A stretch of 64,000 bases of DNA. Origin: an uncultured Rhabdochlamydiaceae bacterium (GTDB lineage: Bacteria; Chlamydiota; Chlamydiia; Chlamydiales; Rhabdochlamydiaceae). Location: the NCBI GenBank assembly GCA_963712275.1, contig CAVQHD010000001.1, positions 1,088,001 to 1,152,000 of the forward strand. Direction: 5' to 3'. The notes under the pieces were generated by a model that saw nothing but the letters and a program-made list of their open reading frames with translations, ran no database searches and was not told the DNA's origin. Shown here one piece after another: positions 19,605 through 29,445 of the stretch (positions within the stretch are counted from its first letter, which is position 1; the number at the start of each line of letters is the position of its first letter). The position numbers were made by a program, and so were the translations under genes.

Positions 19605-21041
19605 GTGCCCATTTTAGAGCAAGCTGAAGATATTGATCATCATCTTTCTCTTCTCCACAATTTAGTCTTAAAAATTCTTGAAAGAAGGGAGAGTTCTTCC
19701 ACCTTAAGGAAAGAGTTTGGAGACCTCTTCAAGCAAGGGTATCATGACGGATTGCAACTTCCTAGAGCCTATTTTGCCCTGATCGCCCACCTTTTGCAGC
19801 TCGACCCTCTTCCAGTTCAACCTGTCCAGCTTCCCAATGGTGTTGCGCTTCTCGACACGTTTGGATGGTGCACCTCTCGAGAAGCTCCCGAGCCCACAGA
19901 ACTTGCCGAGCTTGGTGTCGTATGGATGATTTTAGGTGTTTGTCTTAAGGAAGAACTGCTTCAAAGGGCAGGGCTGAAAATTGCAACATGGCAAGTGCAT
20001 CTCTTGGATGCGCAAGGGACTCCACACCTCTCCCTTTGGTCTTGCGCCCGCTCCTTTCGTCCCTCTTTGCTTTCGATTTGGAATCATGTTTTATTTACGA
20101 TGGCCTATCGGCTCACAGGACAAAATGGTTTTGCGCAGATTGCAGACATCTGCCGTCAGCAAGCTTGGAATCCAAACGCATTTGCCCTGCAACTGCTCAG
20201 CTTGATTCCACCTACTGAGTTTTCAGGGTTGTATCAGAACCACCGTCCATTTGCAGAAGAGATGACAGTTGGAATCATGAAATTCTCGACGCCTGAGTCC
20301 AGTTTTATGGCACATTTAAGTGGTTGGAATTCAGGTCTTTTCTCCTTTCATAAAAAAGAAGTTGCCCTAGTCAATGGGGGACCTCAAGTAGGCCATTACG
20401 ACGATTTGAGTCAATTTGGGATTTACCGAACATGTAGACGACATTTTCAAGAAATTTTTTGGGAAAAAACCGCCTACCACTGTCATTTGAAAGGATGGAC
20501 CCGCCTCACTGCAATTCCTCTTTGGATAGAGCTGGATGCTCGTTTGCAAGCGGGCCAAGTGACGATTGAAATAGCGCTTCAAGAAAAAAATATCGAGATT
20601 TCCGAGGAAGTTGCAAAACTCCGATTTGGGGCCAAATCCGCGCTTTTTGGGCAGGATCCGGCTTCTGCGCAAATAGCCTACTCTAAATCGAGTATGTCAA
20701 TTTGCGCAGAAACCGGCCCTGCCCAAAATTCATCGAATTTGGCCTCCAAAGCGAGTCTTGCAACTCCCTCTTCCCTAAGCATGATTCTATTTCTCAAATG
20801 CCCGAAGCTGATCATTGGTGGAAAACACCATTTAAAAAGCACAGCCCTTGATCGATATGAAGGGAGGGCCCAATCTCTGGAGCTTCAAGGATCGCAGGAG
20901 AAAATGACGCTTCATCCCGATCCGGCTTTAAAGATGCAAGTTCTACCTCTTGCAGGGGGCGATTATTTCTGGGGCGCCGATTTTCTCGTTGCCTTTCCTT
21001 CTTTTCAGGAATCGAAGCTTTTTAGGCTTGAAATCAAGTAA
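19605..21041 (+). CDS. Hypothetical protein carrying an in-frame palindromic insertion
   Basis: 478-aa ORF co-oriented directly after ihf; residues 334-390 are encoded by the palindrome and its flanking duplication. Confidence 0.75.
   Translation: MPILEQAEDIDHHLSLLHNLVLKILERRESSSTLRKEFGDLFKQGYHDGLQLPRAYFALIAHLLQLDPLPVQPVQLPNGVALLDTFGWCTSREAPEPTELAELGVVWMILGVCLKEELLQRAGLKIATWQVHLLDAQGTPHLSLWSCARSFRPSLLSIWNHVLFTMAYRLTGQNGFAQIADICRQQAWNPNAFALQLLSLIPPTEFSGLYQNHRPFAEEMTVGIMKFSTPESSFMAHLSGWNSGLFSFHKKEVALVNGGPQVGHYDDLSQFGIYRTCRRHFQEIFWEKTAYHCHLKGWTRLTAIPLWIELDARLQAGQVTIEIALQEKNIEISEEVAKLRFGAKSALFGQDPASAQIAYSKSSMSICAETGPAQNSSNLASKASLATPSSLSMILFLKCPKLIIGGKHHLKSTALDRYEGRAQSLELQGSQEKMTLHPDPALKMQVLPLAGGDYFWGADFLVAFPSFQESKLFRLEIK
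20604..20770. mobile_element. Palindromic element family P3, inserted in frame in a CDS (RPE-like)
   Basis: Terminal inverted repeat GAGGAAGTTGCAAAACTC/GAGTCTTGCAACTCCCTC with nested internal stems. TTCC flanks both sides, and 167+4=171 bp equals 57 codons. Confidence 0.85.
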
Positions 21042-21119
21042 AAATTTTACTGAGATAGGTTCATTCGTTGAAACAAACGGCCTCTTCGGGTATGATGATT
21101 TCCTTGAAGGAGAAAAGAT

Positions 21120-22094
21120 TTGCGATTTCCAAGAATTCTTTTAGTCGGTTCTGTAATCCTTTTCATTGTCATTGGTATTTCAGCTGGTATTAAGAAATAT
21201 CTTGGGTCAAGGACTTCAACTGTTCTGAAGGTTCAGCCGCCTCCAAAACCTTTAAGGATGACAGAGCCCCTTGTTCAGGAAAAGGGAATCCTGCCGGCCT
21301 TAGATCGTGTTGGTGAGCTTTTTAGAACAGAGGGTCCTAAGCTGCCGATTGTTGAAACAATTGTCTATGAAAGTGGCGTGCCTTGGCTTAAAGGGCGCCC
21401 CGCATGGATTGGAGACTATGCATCTTACTACTCAACGTCGCGCCATTTTATTGCCCGTAGTCTGAATGGAAAACCTGATTACTTCACTCAAAAAATTTCT
21501 CCGGGGCGCAAATTCAATGTCTTTCGCAAAGATAAACATTTTCAGTTCTATCTTCTTGCCGACATTTCTCAATGTAGGATGGCATTTTATTACATCGACT
21601 TGGATACCCATGAAAGAGTCCTTCTCAAAACATACCGAATTGGGGTTGGAAAGAAAAGTGAAACGCCTTCAGGTAGTTTGACGCCAGTAGGGAAATATAT
21701 GCTGGGGGACAAAATTGCCGTTTATAAGCCGGGGATTATGGGTCTTTTCCATGATGAAACAGTGGAAATGATTCGGGTATTTGGAACGCGGTGGCTTCCG
21801 TTTGGAAAAGAAATAGGAAAAACGGAGGCTTCTCCTCCCAAAACCTTTCAAAGAGGGCTAGGCATTCACGGCGCTCCCTGGAATTTTGATTCCAAAGAAT
21901 CTCGCTGGGTCGAATCGAGACAAATGATCGGCTGTTATGAAAGCGCTGGGTCTATTCAGATGGCTTTTGAAGATATGGAAGAGCTTTTTGCAATTGTCAT
22001 CACGAGACCTACAATTGTTGAAATTGTTAAAAGTATTCATGGGGCACAGCTTCCAGGAATGGAAGTGATGTCTCCTAAAAATAATGAGGGCTAG
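21120..22094 (+). CDS. Membrane-anchored L,D-transpeptidase (YkuD)-like protein
   Basis: N-terminal [27 protein letters not shown] and SAGSIQM motifs (canonical SxGCIRM). Confidence 0.8.
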   Translation: MRFPRILLVGSVILFIVIGISAGIKKYLGSRTSTVLKVQPPPKPLRMTEPLVQEKGILPALDRVGELFRTEGPKLPIVETIVYESGVPWLKGRPAWIGDYASYYSTSRHFIARSLNGKPDYFTQKISPGRKFNVFRKDKHFQFYLLADISQCRMAFYYIDLDTHERVLLKTYRIGVGKKSETPSGSLTPVGKYMLGDKIAVYKPGIMGLFHDETVEMIRVFGTRWLPFGKEIGKTEASPPKTFQRGLGIHGAPWNFDSKESRWVESRQMIGCYESAGSIQMAFEDMEELFAIVITRPTIVEIVKSIHGAQLPGMEVMSPKNNEG

Positions 22095-23046
22095 AATAGC
22101 TATGTTGCCTCGAGAAAAACAGATTCGCGAATATGAAGAGACCATTGCTAAGTTTAAAAAACAGCATCAGGAAAATCCTCTTTTATCGGATGCAGATTTG
22201 CTCAAATTGGAGAAGAAGCTTGCGGATCTGAAGAAAAAAATTTATAGCAAACTCTCTTCCTGGGAACGGGTTGCCATCTGTCGGGACCCAGAGAGGCCAA
22301 AAGCGGTTGATTATATTAAAAATTTATGCGAAGAGTTTATCGAGCTAAGTGGAGATCGGCTATTTCGGGATGATCCCGCTATCATCTGTGGCTTGGCAAA
22401 GATGGGGAGCCTCAAATTAATGGTGATTGCTCAAGAAAAAGGGCATGATACAGAAACCCGTTTAAAACGAAACTTTGGAATGCCCCATCCTGAGGGATAC
22501 CGTAAAGCAATGCGATGCATGCGTCTTGCTGCTAAATTTAACCTTCCTATTGTCTGTTTTATTGATACTCCTGGTGCCTACCCGGGTCTTGCAGCCGAGG
22601 AACGGGGACAGGGATGGGCCATAGCTCAAAATCTTTTTGAAATGGCTCGTTTGCCAACACCGATTATCATTGTTTTAATTGGGGAAGGGTGTTCAGGGGG
22701 AGCTTTAGGAATTGGTATCGGCGATGCAATTGGCATGCTTGAACATGGATATTATTCTGTGATTTCTCCAGAAGGGTGTGCTTCAATTCTTTGGAAAGAT
22801 GCATCTAAAAATGAAATTGCAGCAAAAGCGCTCAAAATGCACGCTGAAGACTTGCTCCAGCTTGAGATCATTGATGAAATGATCAAAGAGCCTCTTGGGG
22901 GAGCCCATCATGACCCAGCAGTCATCTATGCGGGTGTTAAAAAATATATTCTTGATCAGTGGACCATTCTCCGAGCCATTCCCATTGAGATTTTGGTAGA
23001 ACAGAGGTATCAAAAATTTCGTCGTATGGGTCAACTAGAGAGATAG
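22084..23046 (+). CDS. accA: Acetyl-CoA carboxylase carboxyltransferase alpha subunit
   Basis: [31 protein letters not shown] and [14 protein letters not shown] motifs. Confidence 0.98.
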   Translation: MRARIAMLPREKQIREYEETIAKFKKQHQENPLLSDADLLKLEKKLADLKKKIYSKLSSWERVAICRDPERPKAVDYIKNLCEEFIELSGDRLFRDDPAIICGLAKMGSLKLMVIAQEKGHDTETRLKRNFGMPHPEGYRKAMRCMRLAAKFNLPIVCFIDTPGAYPGLAAEERGQGWAIAQNLFEMARLPTPIIIVLIGEGCSGGALGIGIGDAIGMLEHGYYSVISPEGCASILWKDASKNEIAAKALKMHAEDLLQLEIIDEMIKEPLGGAHHDPAVIYAGVKKYILDQWTILRAIPIEILVEQRYQKFRRMGQLER

Positions 23047-23092
23047 GAATCTATCCCGAAAATCGACTGAAACTTTTTATTGGGATAGGTTC
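23047..23092. repeat. Short inverted repeat (possible element remnant or terminator)
   Basis: GAATCTATCCC...GGGATAGGTTC directly after the accA stop. A related half-site GAGATAGGTTC lies near 21052, and ACCTATCCC/GGGATAGGT lies in the 38246 hairpin. Confidence 0.45.
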
Positions 23093-23131
23093 AGGTTTCA
23101 TTAAACTCCTCTATTAGCTAAAATATGCTTT

Positions 23132-24976
23132 ATGAGTCTTTTATTTAAAGCAGCCCTTAGAAATCGGAAACACTTATCGCTACTTCTCGTTAGTTTTTTG
23201 ACGTTAATTTTTCTGACGGTTGCAAATTCTCTTGAAGTGTCAGCTCTTGGTGTTCTAATTAATGCGGACACCCTTTCGCAGCTGATGTCTGGGAAAGCCG
23301 TTTTTTCTCCCGCGCTTGATTTTGTAGGTAAAAGTCATGAGAATAATCCTCTTCAGTGGGTGATTGAGAAAGTTCATCAGCAGCTAGGCAATGTTTCAAG
23401 TTTGAAAGTGATGATTGCGATTTTAGTCAGCGTAGCTGTTTTTAAAGCGATTTCTCTCTTTTGGAGCCGCTATATGACGCAACTCATGGCGATCCGTGTC
23501 AGCCGTGATCTGCGTCAGCAGTATTTTGAACATATTCAAGCGCTTCCAATGAGCTTTTATCAAAAACACAATATTGGAAGTCTTTCTTCAAGGGTTGTGG
23601 GGGATGCAGGTCAAATTGCGACATCGATTAATTCTGCGCTCACCAATTATCTTCACACTCCTTTTACAATTTTTTTAACGCTTCTTTTTTGTTTTTATAT
23701 CTCTTGGCAATTATCGATGGTGATTTTCTTTGGTCTTCCCATGATCGTGCTTCCTATCATTACCCTTGCTAAACGGGTGAAGCGGGTTTCGAGGCAGCTC
23801 CAATCCAACCAAGAGAAATTCGCCTCGGTTCTCATCGATTTTCTAGCTGGAATTCAGACGGTGAAGATTTTTGCTATGGAGTCATTCTCTTTTAAGAAAT
23901 ATAAAGAACAAAATGATCGAATGGCTGTTCTTGAAGGGAAAACTGCCAAATACGGCTTCCTCACGCGTCCGATCTTACATCTTATCACAACATTATGCCT
24001 TGCGGCGGTCGTATTATTCGGGCTTCTAACGCTTAAGCTAACCATTTCTCAGCTCATCGTTTTTTGCGGCCTTCTTCAAATGTCATACGAGGCAATCAAA
24101 AAGTTTGCAGATGAAAATGCCAATATTCAGCGAGGTGTCGTCGCGGCAGAACGGATGTTTGAAGTTCTTAACTTAAAGCCTGAAATTGAAGATCATCCTC
24201 ATGCGATTCAGTTGCCAGGGTTTCACGACCAAATTGAGTTCGACCATGTCTGGTTTCGTTATCAGGGAGAATGGGTGCTCAAAAATGTGAGCTTTACTGT
24301 TAAAAAAGGAGAGACCGTTGCAATTGTAGGACCTACCGGGTCAGGAAAATCGACCATCGTTCAGCTTTTGCCGCGTCTCTATGAAGTGCAAGAAGGGGAG
24401 ATTCGATTAGATGGCAAGCCCATCAATGCTTATACTCAGAAATCCCTGCGTGAACATATTGGGTTTGTCTCTCAAAAGCCGTTTTTATTTTGTGATACGA
24501 TTGCGGCTAACGTCGCATTTGGGCGTAACTTTTCTCGAGAAGAGATCATAGAAGCAGCTCGCCGCGCTCATGCGGAGGAGTTTATTATCAAGCAGCCTAA
24601 AGGGTACGACTCGATGGTTGCGGAAGCAGGTCAAAATTTATCTGGAGGACAGCAGCAGCGGCTTGCGATCACGAGAGCCCTTGTTAAAAATGCTCCTATT
24701 TTAGTCCTCGATGAAGCAACCTCTTCGCTAGATGCGATCAGTGAAAATAAAATTCGGCTGGCGATTGCCGAACTTCATGGACAAATCACGCAGATTATCA
24801 TCGCTCATCGCCTTGGAACAATCGAGCATGCCGACCGCATCATCTTCTTAGACCATGGAGAAAAAATTGCTGAAGGGACAAAAGATGAGCTTCTCAAGAG
24901 TTGTGAGCCTTTCCGCCTCATGTGGGAAATTCTCCATCATTCAGAGAAAAAGCCTGAGTTAGTAGAGGCTACATAA
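23132..24976 (+). CDS. msbA: Lipid A export ABC transporter MsbA
   Basis: TM domain plus GPTGSGKST, LSGGQQQR and LDEATSSLD motifs; accA-msbA order as in Chlamydia. Confidence 0.88.
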   Translation: MSLLFKAALRNRKHLSLLLVSFLTLIFLTVANSLEVSALGVLINADTLSQLMSGKAVFSPALDFVGKSHENNPLQWVIEKVHQQLGNVSSLKVMIAILVSVAVFKAISLFWSRYMTQLMAIRVSRDLRQQYFEHIQALPMSFYQKHNIGSLSSRVVGDAGQIATSINSALTNYLHTPFTIFLTLLFCFYISWQLSMVIFFGLPMIVLPIITLAKRVKRVSRQLQSNQEKFASVLIDFLAGIQTVKIFAMESFSFKKYKEQNDRMAVLEGKTAKYGFLTRPILHLITTLCLAAVVLFGLLTLKLTISQLIVFCGLLQMSYEAIKKFADENANIQRGVVAAERMFEVLNLKPEIEDHPHAIQLPGFHDQIEFDHVWFRYQGEWVLKNVSFTVKKGETVAIVGPTGSGKSTIVQLLPRLYEVQEGEIRLDGKPINAYTQKSLREHIGFVSQKPFLFCDTIAANVAFGRNFSREEIIEAARRAHAEEFIIKQPKGYDSMVAEAGQNLSGGQQQRLAITRALVKNAPILVLDEATSSLDAISENKIRLAIAELHGQITQIIIAHRLGTIEHADRIIFLDHGEKIAEGTKDELLKSCEPFRLMWEILHHSEKKPELVEAT

Positions 24977-25661
24977 CTCCGAGCTTAACAAGGGCTTCCT
25001 TTAAATCCCGGTTTTCTCCTTTATCCAGAGCACCGCTTTTCTTAAGCCAGTCAAAATAGCTGCGAGGAACGGTCGAAAGAAGCATTCCTTGATGTTTTCC
25101 AAAAGGCATCCGATCCAAGGTTGTCGATTGATTCAGCAATTCAAGTGCTGTCTCAATAGGCAAGTCATCGATCATAATAGAAAAAACCTGGTACAAAATC
25201 ATCACGTCGTCGAGCGCCCGGTGGGCTCGGTTGGCTTCAAGGCCGTAGACCTCTCGCAGAGAGGGAAGGGCATGGCTTGGAAGATCAGAGCGGTACTTGC
25301 GAGACCATTTGAGGGTATCGAGATATTTCCACTGAGGAAGAACAAGACCACAGCGGCCCGATTCTGCCTCTAAGAAGAGTTTATCGAATCGATCATTATT
25401 GTGAGCAATCAAGACAGCCTCTGGGCCGCAAAATTCAATGAATTGAGCGCCCACAACAGAAAAGTTTGCTGCTTCAGCAACCATTTCATCCGTGATTCCA
25501 GTGATCGTCGTCGATTCTGAAGGAATGGGGCATCCAGGATTGACAAACTGGACAAATGAAGCCTGCTTTAAAGGATCATAGGCTGCAATTTCAATGATAC
25601 GGTCCTTCTCGGAGCGGACTCCTGTCGTTTCTGTATCGTAATAAATTGGTCTTAGTGGCAT
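24969..25661 (-). CDS. dnaQ: DEDDh 3'-5' exonuclease (DNA polymerase III epsilon-like)
   Basis: YDTETTG, AHNNDRFD and HRALDD motifs; C-terminal MPFGKH domain. Confidence 0.9.
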   Translation of the reverse strand: MPLRPIYYDTETTGVRSEKDRIIEIAAYDPLKQASFVQFVNPGCPIPSESTTITGITDEMVAEAANFSVVGAQFIEFCGPEAVLIAHNNDRFDKLFLEAESGRCGLVLPQWKYLDTLKWSRKYRSDLPSHALPSLREVYGLEANRAHRALDDVMILYQVFSIMIDDLPIETALELLNQSTTLDRMPFGKHQGMLLSTVPRSYFDWLKKSGALDKGENRDLKEALVKLGVM

Positions 25662-25686
25662 AATTTACCTTTATTGTAGGCCTTTC

Positions 25687-26271
25687 TTGCAACTTTTACA
25701 AGCAGTCCTTATTTGTCTTTTTTGCGTCCCAGCCTATGCGGCTCTCTCAACACCTCATGTGATGGTCTATTTTTCTCCGGAGGATCATTTAGAGAAGGAG
25801 CTCATTCAACTGATCAATGAAGAGACAAAAAGCATTCATGTCTGTATTTATACCCTTACCCATCGAGGAGTGATCGGAGCACTTATCGAAGCAAAAAAGC
25901 GGGGAGTACATATCGAGGTGATTGTCGATCGGTTTTCAATCAGGGCAAATTCTCCTCTCCACCGGCTTGTAGAAGCCATGATCCCTATCCATGTATGGAA
26001 CCCCGGCTCTCCTAGACAAAAAAGAGGCCGCCGCTCCATCATGCACAACAAATATTGTGTGTTTGGAGATCAAAAGGTGTGGACAGGGTCATTTAACATG
26101 ACTTATGAAGCTGCCCGGATGCATCAAGAAAATGCGCTGGTCATCCATGATCCTGCAGTTGCCCATGCCTACAAAAATCAATTTTATACGATCAAGCTTC
26201 GCTCTTGTAGCCCCTTGCCTGCCTTTCTTGCATCCAATCCCCATAAACGGCCTAAGAAGCTATCCAGGTAA
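25687..26271 (+). CDS. Single-domain phospholipase D/Nuc-family protein with signal peptide
   Basis: VYFSP, MHNKYCVFGD..WTGSFN and HQEN motifs. Confidence 0.88.
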   Translation: MQLLQAVLICLFCVPAYAALSTPHVMVYFSPEDHLEKELIQLINEETKSIHVCIYTLTHRGVIGALIEAKKRGVHIEVIVDRFSIRANSPLHRLVEAMIPIHVWNPGSPRQKRGRRSIMHNKYCVFGDQKVWTGSFNMTYEAARMHQENALVIHDPAVAHAYKNQFYTIKLRSCSPLPAFLASNPHKRPKKLSR

Positions 26272-26307
26272 AATTGAATTGACCAAACCTCCTCATCATC
26301 GCTAAAC

Positions 26308-26919
26308 TTGTGCGAGCTTATGCCTGCACCTGCCTTAACAACGAAGCGACTTTTGCTGAGACACTGGAAAGAGGATGATTTGCCACTCTTTGCCAAGCTG
26401 AACATGGACAAGCGTGTCATGGAATTTTTCCCTTCGACTCTTTCTTGTGAGGAGAGCAACGCCCTTGCAGGAAGAATAGAACAAGAGCTTCGGGAAAAAG
26501 ACTATGGACTCTGGGCTGTTGAAGTCGTAGGTGTCGCATCTTTCATCGGCTTTGTCGGGCTGCATTATCAAAATTTCTCTGCTCACTTTACCCCTTGCAT
26601 TGAGATTGGGTGGAGGCTAGATTTTGAATATTGGGGTCAGGGGTATGCTTTTGAAGCAGCCAAGCGAGTTCTTGAATATGCCTTTACTGTTCTCAAGTTG
26701 CCAGAGGTTGTCTCCTTTACTACCATGACAAATCGGCGATCAAGGCAACTGATGGAGAAGCTAGGCATGACCTACAATTCTCAGGATGATTTTGAACATC
26801 CCAAACTTCCTGAAGGTCATTTGCTTCGCCCTCATGTGCTGTATCGCCTTAGAAGCTGTCTTAAGACTCAGGTTTCGTCGCTTTTTGGAGGATTTTTGGC
26901 CAATTTTCGCTTTATTTGA
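26308..26919 (+). CDS. RimJ/RimL-family GNAT acetyltransferase; C-terminus derived from an inserted element
   Basis: LTTKRLLLRHW, EIGWRL..EYWGQGYA and NRRSRQLMEKLGM motifs. Confidence 0.92.
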   Translation: MCELMPAPALTTKRLLLRHWKEDDLPLFAKLNMDKRVMEFFPSTLSCEESNALAGRIEQELREKDYGLWAVEVVGVASFIGFVGLHYQNFSAHFTPCIEIGWRLDFEYWGQGYAFEAAKRVLEYAFTVLKLPEVVSFTTMTNRRSRQLMEKLGMTYNSQDDFEHPKLPEGHLLRPHVLYRLRSCLKTQVSSLFGGFLANFRFI

Positions 26920-27021
26920 TGGGGGTAATATACGAAAGTTGATATAACCCCCACCAAATAAAGCGAAAATTGGCTCAAAAAGCCCCAAAAATCGACAGAA
27001 ACTGAGTTTTAAGACAGCTTC
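26852..27021. mobile_element. Palindromic MITE-like element family P2, TTA target duplication
   Basis: TIR GAAGCTGTCTTAAGACTCAG/CTGAGTTTTAAGACAGCTTC with TTA on both sides; inner stem CCAATTTTCGCTTTATTTG/CAAATAAAGCGAAAATTGG; related copy at 44719. Confidence 0.87.
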
Positions 27022-27094
27022 TTAGCCAACAAGATTTTTTCTCTAGGGGATCATAGGATCTCAACTTTGAGTCAGCTTTTTAAACAGATCGAAT

Positions 27095-28603
27095 TCAATC
27101 CATCTCATAAATCAATTGAACAAGTCCACTGGGATAAGATTGGGAAGAGACCAAGCGGCATGCATGTTCTTTGCCTGTTGGATTAAAAAGAGGTATCCCA
27201 GATCCAAGAATCACAGGAATAAGGGACAAAGTCATAGAATCCACCATCTGCAAATCTAGAAATTGAGAGATCGTAACTCCTCCATCGACCCAAATATGTT
27301 TTATCCCTTCTTTGTGCAGCTTGGTGAGCAGTGCAGCCAGATTTCCACAATAGAGTTCCATGTCTTTTCTGACGGAATTTAAGCTGTTGCTTAGGACAAC
27401 CACTCTTTTTCCTGGGTAGGGATCTGGCACTGTTGTTGCAACTTCATAAGTTTTGCGACCAATAATTAAGGCATCGATGCTGCCCAGCAGCTTTTGAAAT
27501 CCATAATCTTCGTCAAATCCGCCGACTCGATCGAGAAAGTCAAGATTACCATCTTTACGGGCGATGTATCCATCGATGCTCATAGCAATGTAGACGGAGA
27601 TTTTTGGTCTATCCATTCGATCAATTGTAAGACATTTTCCTATTTCGATATCTCGTGGATCACCCTCATAGCCATCAGGATCGTTAAATGGCATTTCTCT
27701 ATATCCATGCTGGCGATAGAATTTATAGGCTTCCGGCGAGGATTGAATGAGTAACTCTTTGATTCCTTGATGATAGAGCCAGCGTTCACAAAGCCTTAAA
27801 AATTGACCTCCAAATCCAAGATTGCGGTGTTGTTCATCAATTGCAATAATTCTTAGGGCGGCTCTACTCTCTGGCCAAAGCTGGAGATGTGCATAGCCAA
27901 TTATTTCTGCATTTTTGTAGAAGACAAAATGGATGTGATCTTTATGTGTGAATGTCCAAGTATAGGGGTCTTCTTTTGATTTGAAAAAATATTTATTGCG
28001 AAAGGCACGCACCGCATTCCATTCTCGATCGGTCAATGCTTTTACTATACGCCATCCATCAAAACCATCCTTTGTATCAATGCTTGCAACGAAGGCATCT
28101 TTCCCATTGCAATACTGCAGAATATCGTGAGGGAATTTCTTAGCTAATTCTAGTTTGAGTCTAGCATAGCTTTCGGCATCAGCCTTATGAGAGCGCATCC
28201 AATCGCAGAACTTCAAATATCTGCTGATTTCAGGGTCCCCTTCCTGATACACATGGACATGATGAGTACGTACACTTTTGCCTTTTTGAAAATACCTCCT
28301 AAAAGCCATGCCATATTCACCTTTGGCTTCGTATCCTAGGGACTCCATAGCTTCTATCGCGTTATCAACCTCTTGAATATTCCGCACAACCGGAAGCATA
28401 TCGATAATAGGTTTGGCGCTTAAACCAGGGATGGAAGTTGAGCCAATATGGTGGATCTGAACGCAATTACATCCTAGGGCTTGTTTAACCTGCTCTGCTT
28501 CTGATTTAAACAATTCGGGCCACTTTGGGTCATAGTCGACAACTTCGATCTTTCTTGCCGTATCAATGGATGCATCAGAAGAGGGCATTACAGATTCTTG
28601 CAC
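27095..28603 (-). CDS. GrpB (UPF0157)-GNAT-DHFR/RibD_C triple-domain protein
   Basis: HIGSTSIPGLSAKPIID (GrpB), RNLGFGG..FYRQHGY (GNAT) and YIAMSIDGYIA..IGRKTYE..WVDGG..PVILGSGIPLF (RibD_C). Confidence 0.88.
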   Translation of the reverse strand: MQESVMPSSDASIDTARKIEVVDYDPKWPELFKSEAEQVKQALGCNCVQIHHIGSTSIPGLSAKPIIDMLPVVRNIQEVDNAIEAMESLGYEAKGEYGMAFRRYFQKGKSVRTHHVHVYQEGDPEISRYLKFCDWMRSHKADAESYARLKLELAKKFPHDILQYCNGKDAFVASIDTKDGFDGWRIVKALTDREWNAVRAFRNKYFFKSKEDPYTWTFTHKDHIHFVFYKNAEIIGYAHLQLWPESRAALRIIAIDEQHRNLGFGGQFLRLCERWLYHQGIKELLIQSSPEAYKFYRQHGYREMPFNDPDGYEGDPRDIEIGKCLTIDRMDRPKISVYIAMSIDGYIARKDGNLDFLDRVGGFDEDYGFQKLLGSIDALIIGRKTYEVATTVPDPYPGKRVVVLSNSLNSVRKDMELYCGNLAALLTKLHKEGIKHIWVDGGVTISQFLDLQMVDSMTLSLIPVILGSGIPLFNPTGKEHACRLVSSQSYPSGLVQLIYEMD

Positions 28604-29199
28604 GTATTAGGATCGATTTCAATAGCAATAAATACCTCAACTTCTTGAGGAGAACCTGAAAATTTATCTCCATAAACTTCATAATCACCGGTATAGGTAC
28701 GTTTCAAATCAGCTTGTTGCCAAATATGGCCCCATGTTTCTATTAACCTTTTGGGATGTTCTCCAATTGCGGGGAAAACCGCATAAGACCCAGCAGGAAT
28801 AATTTTAGTGACCATTCCCTTGGGAATGGCGTCAAGTGAGCTAACCGGACAACCGATTACAAGAGAGTATGGCTGTGTGTAGTCGCCTTCATAGTCACAA
28901 TAAAGAGCAATGACTTCATTGGAGGCTTTATTTGGGATTTGGTCGATGATGTTTTCGCTATAAAATTTCCCCCAATGTTTTGAAATATCATGAGGGCCTG
29001 CTTCAGGAGCATTAGATGTTCTGCATTCAATTCCCATTATTATCGTGGAGGGCTTTTGAACAACGGTGTAACTTTTCATCATATGTTCCTTAGAAGGTTG
29101 ATTTTGATTGGTAGTAAAAGACTCGCCTTGAGCAAAGGCCACGCTATAGAAGAATGTTGTTGAAATAGATAGAAAGGTAAATAGGTTTTTCATGGGCAA
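28588..29199 (-). CDS. GyrI-like small-molecule-binding protein with a signal-peptide-like N-terminus
   Basis: GIECRTSN, ALYCDYEGD, IPAGSYAVF, WGHIW and RTYTGDYEVY motifs. Confidence 0.85.
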   Translation of the reverse strand: MPMKNLFTFLSISTTFFYSVAFAQGESFTTNQNQPSKEHMMKSYTVVQKPSTIIMGIECRTSNAPEAGPHDISKHWGKFYSENIIDQIPNKASNEVIALYCDYEGDYTQPYSLVIGCPVSSLDAIPKGMVTKIIPAGSYAVFPAIGEHPKRLIETWGHIWQQADLKRTYTGDYEVYGDKFSGSPQEVEVFIAIEIDPNTCKNL

Positions 29200-29445
29200 T
29201 CTCCATTAAATTTTTGGTTAGTTGGGAGCTGTTTCCTAGAAGCTATTAGACCTATCATCCTAATCCTACAATGGTCGAGAAGGTATGGTATTCTAATTTG
29301 CCACGCTTGTCACTTAAAAAAAATAGCTGTGTCAACGCAAAATAGAAATGTCGCCTTTTGGCTAAAGTCAAAAAAGGGGTTTACAAAGGGGCTTGCCTTT
29401 TTCATCTTGTAGTGGGAAAAGAGCCTCTAAGGCTAATCTTCTTTG

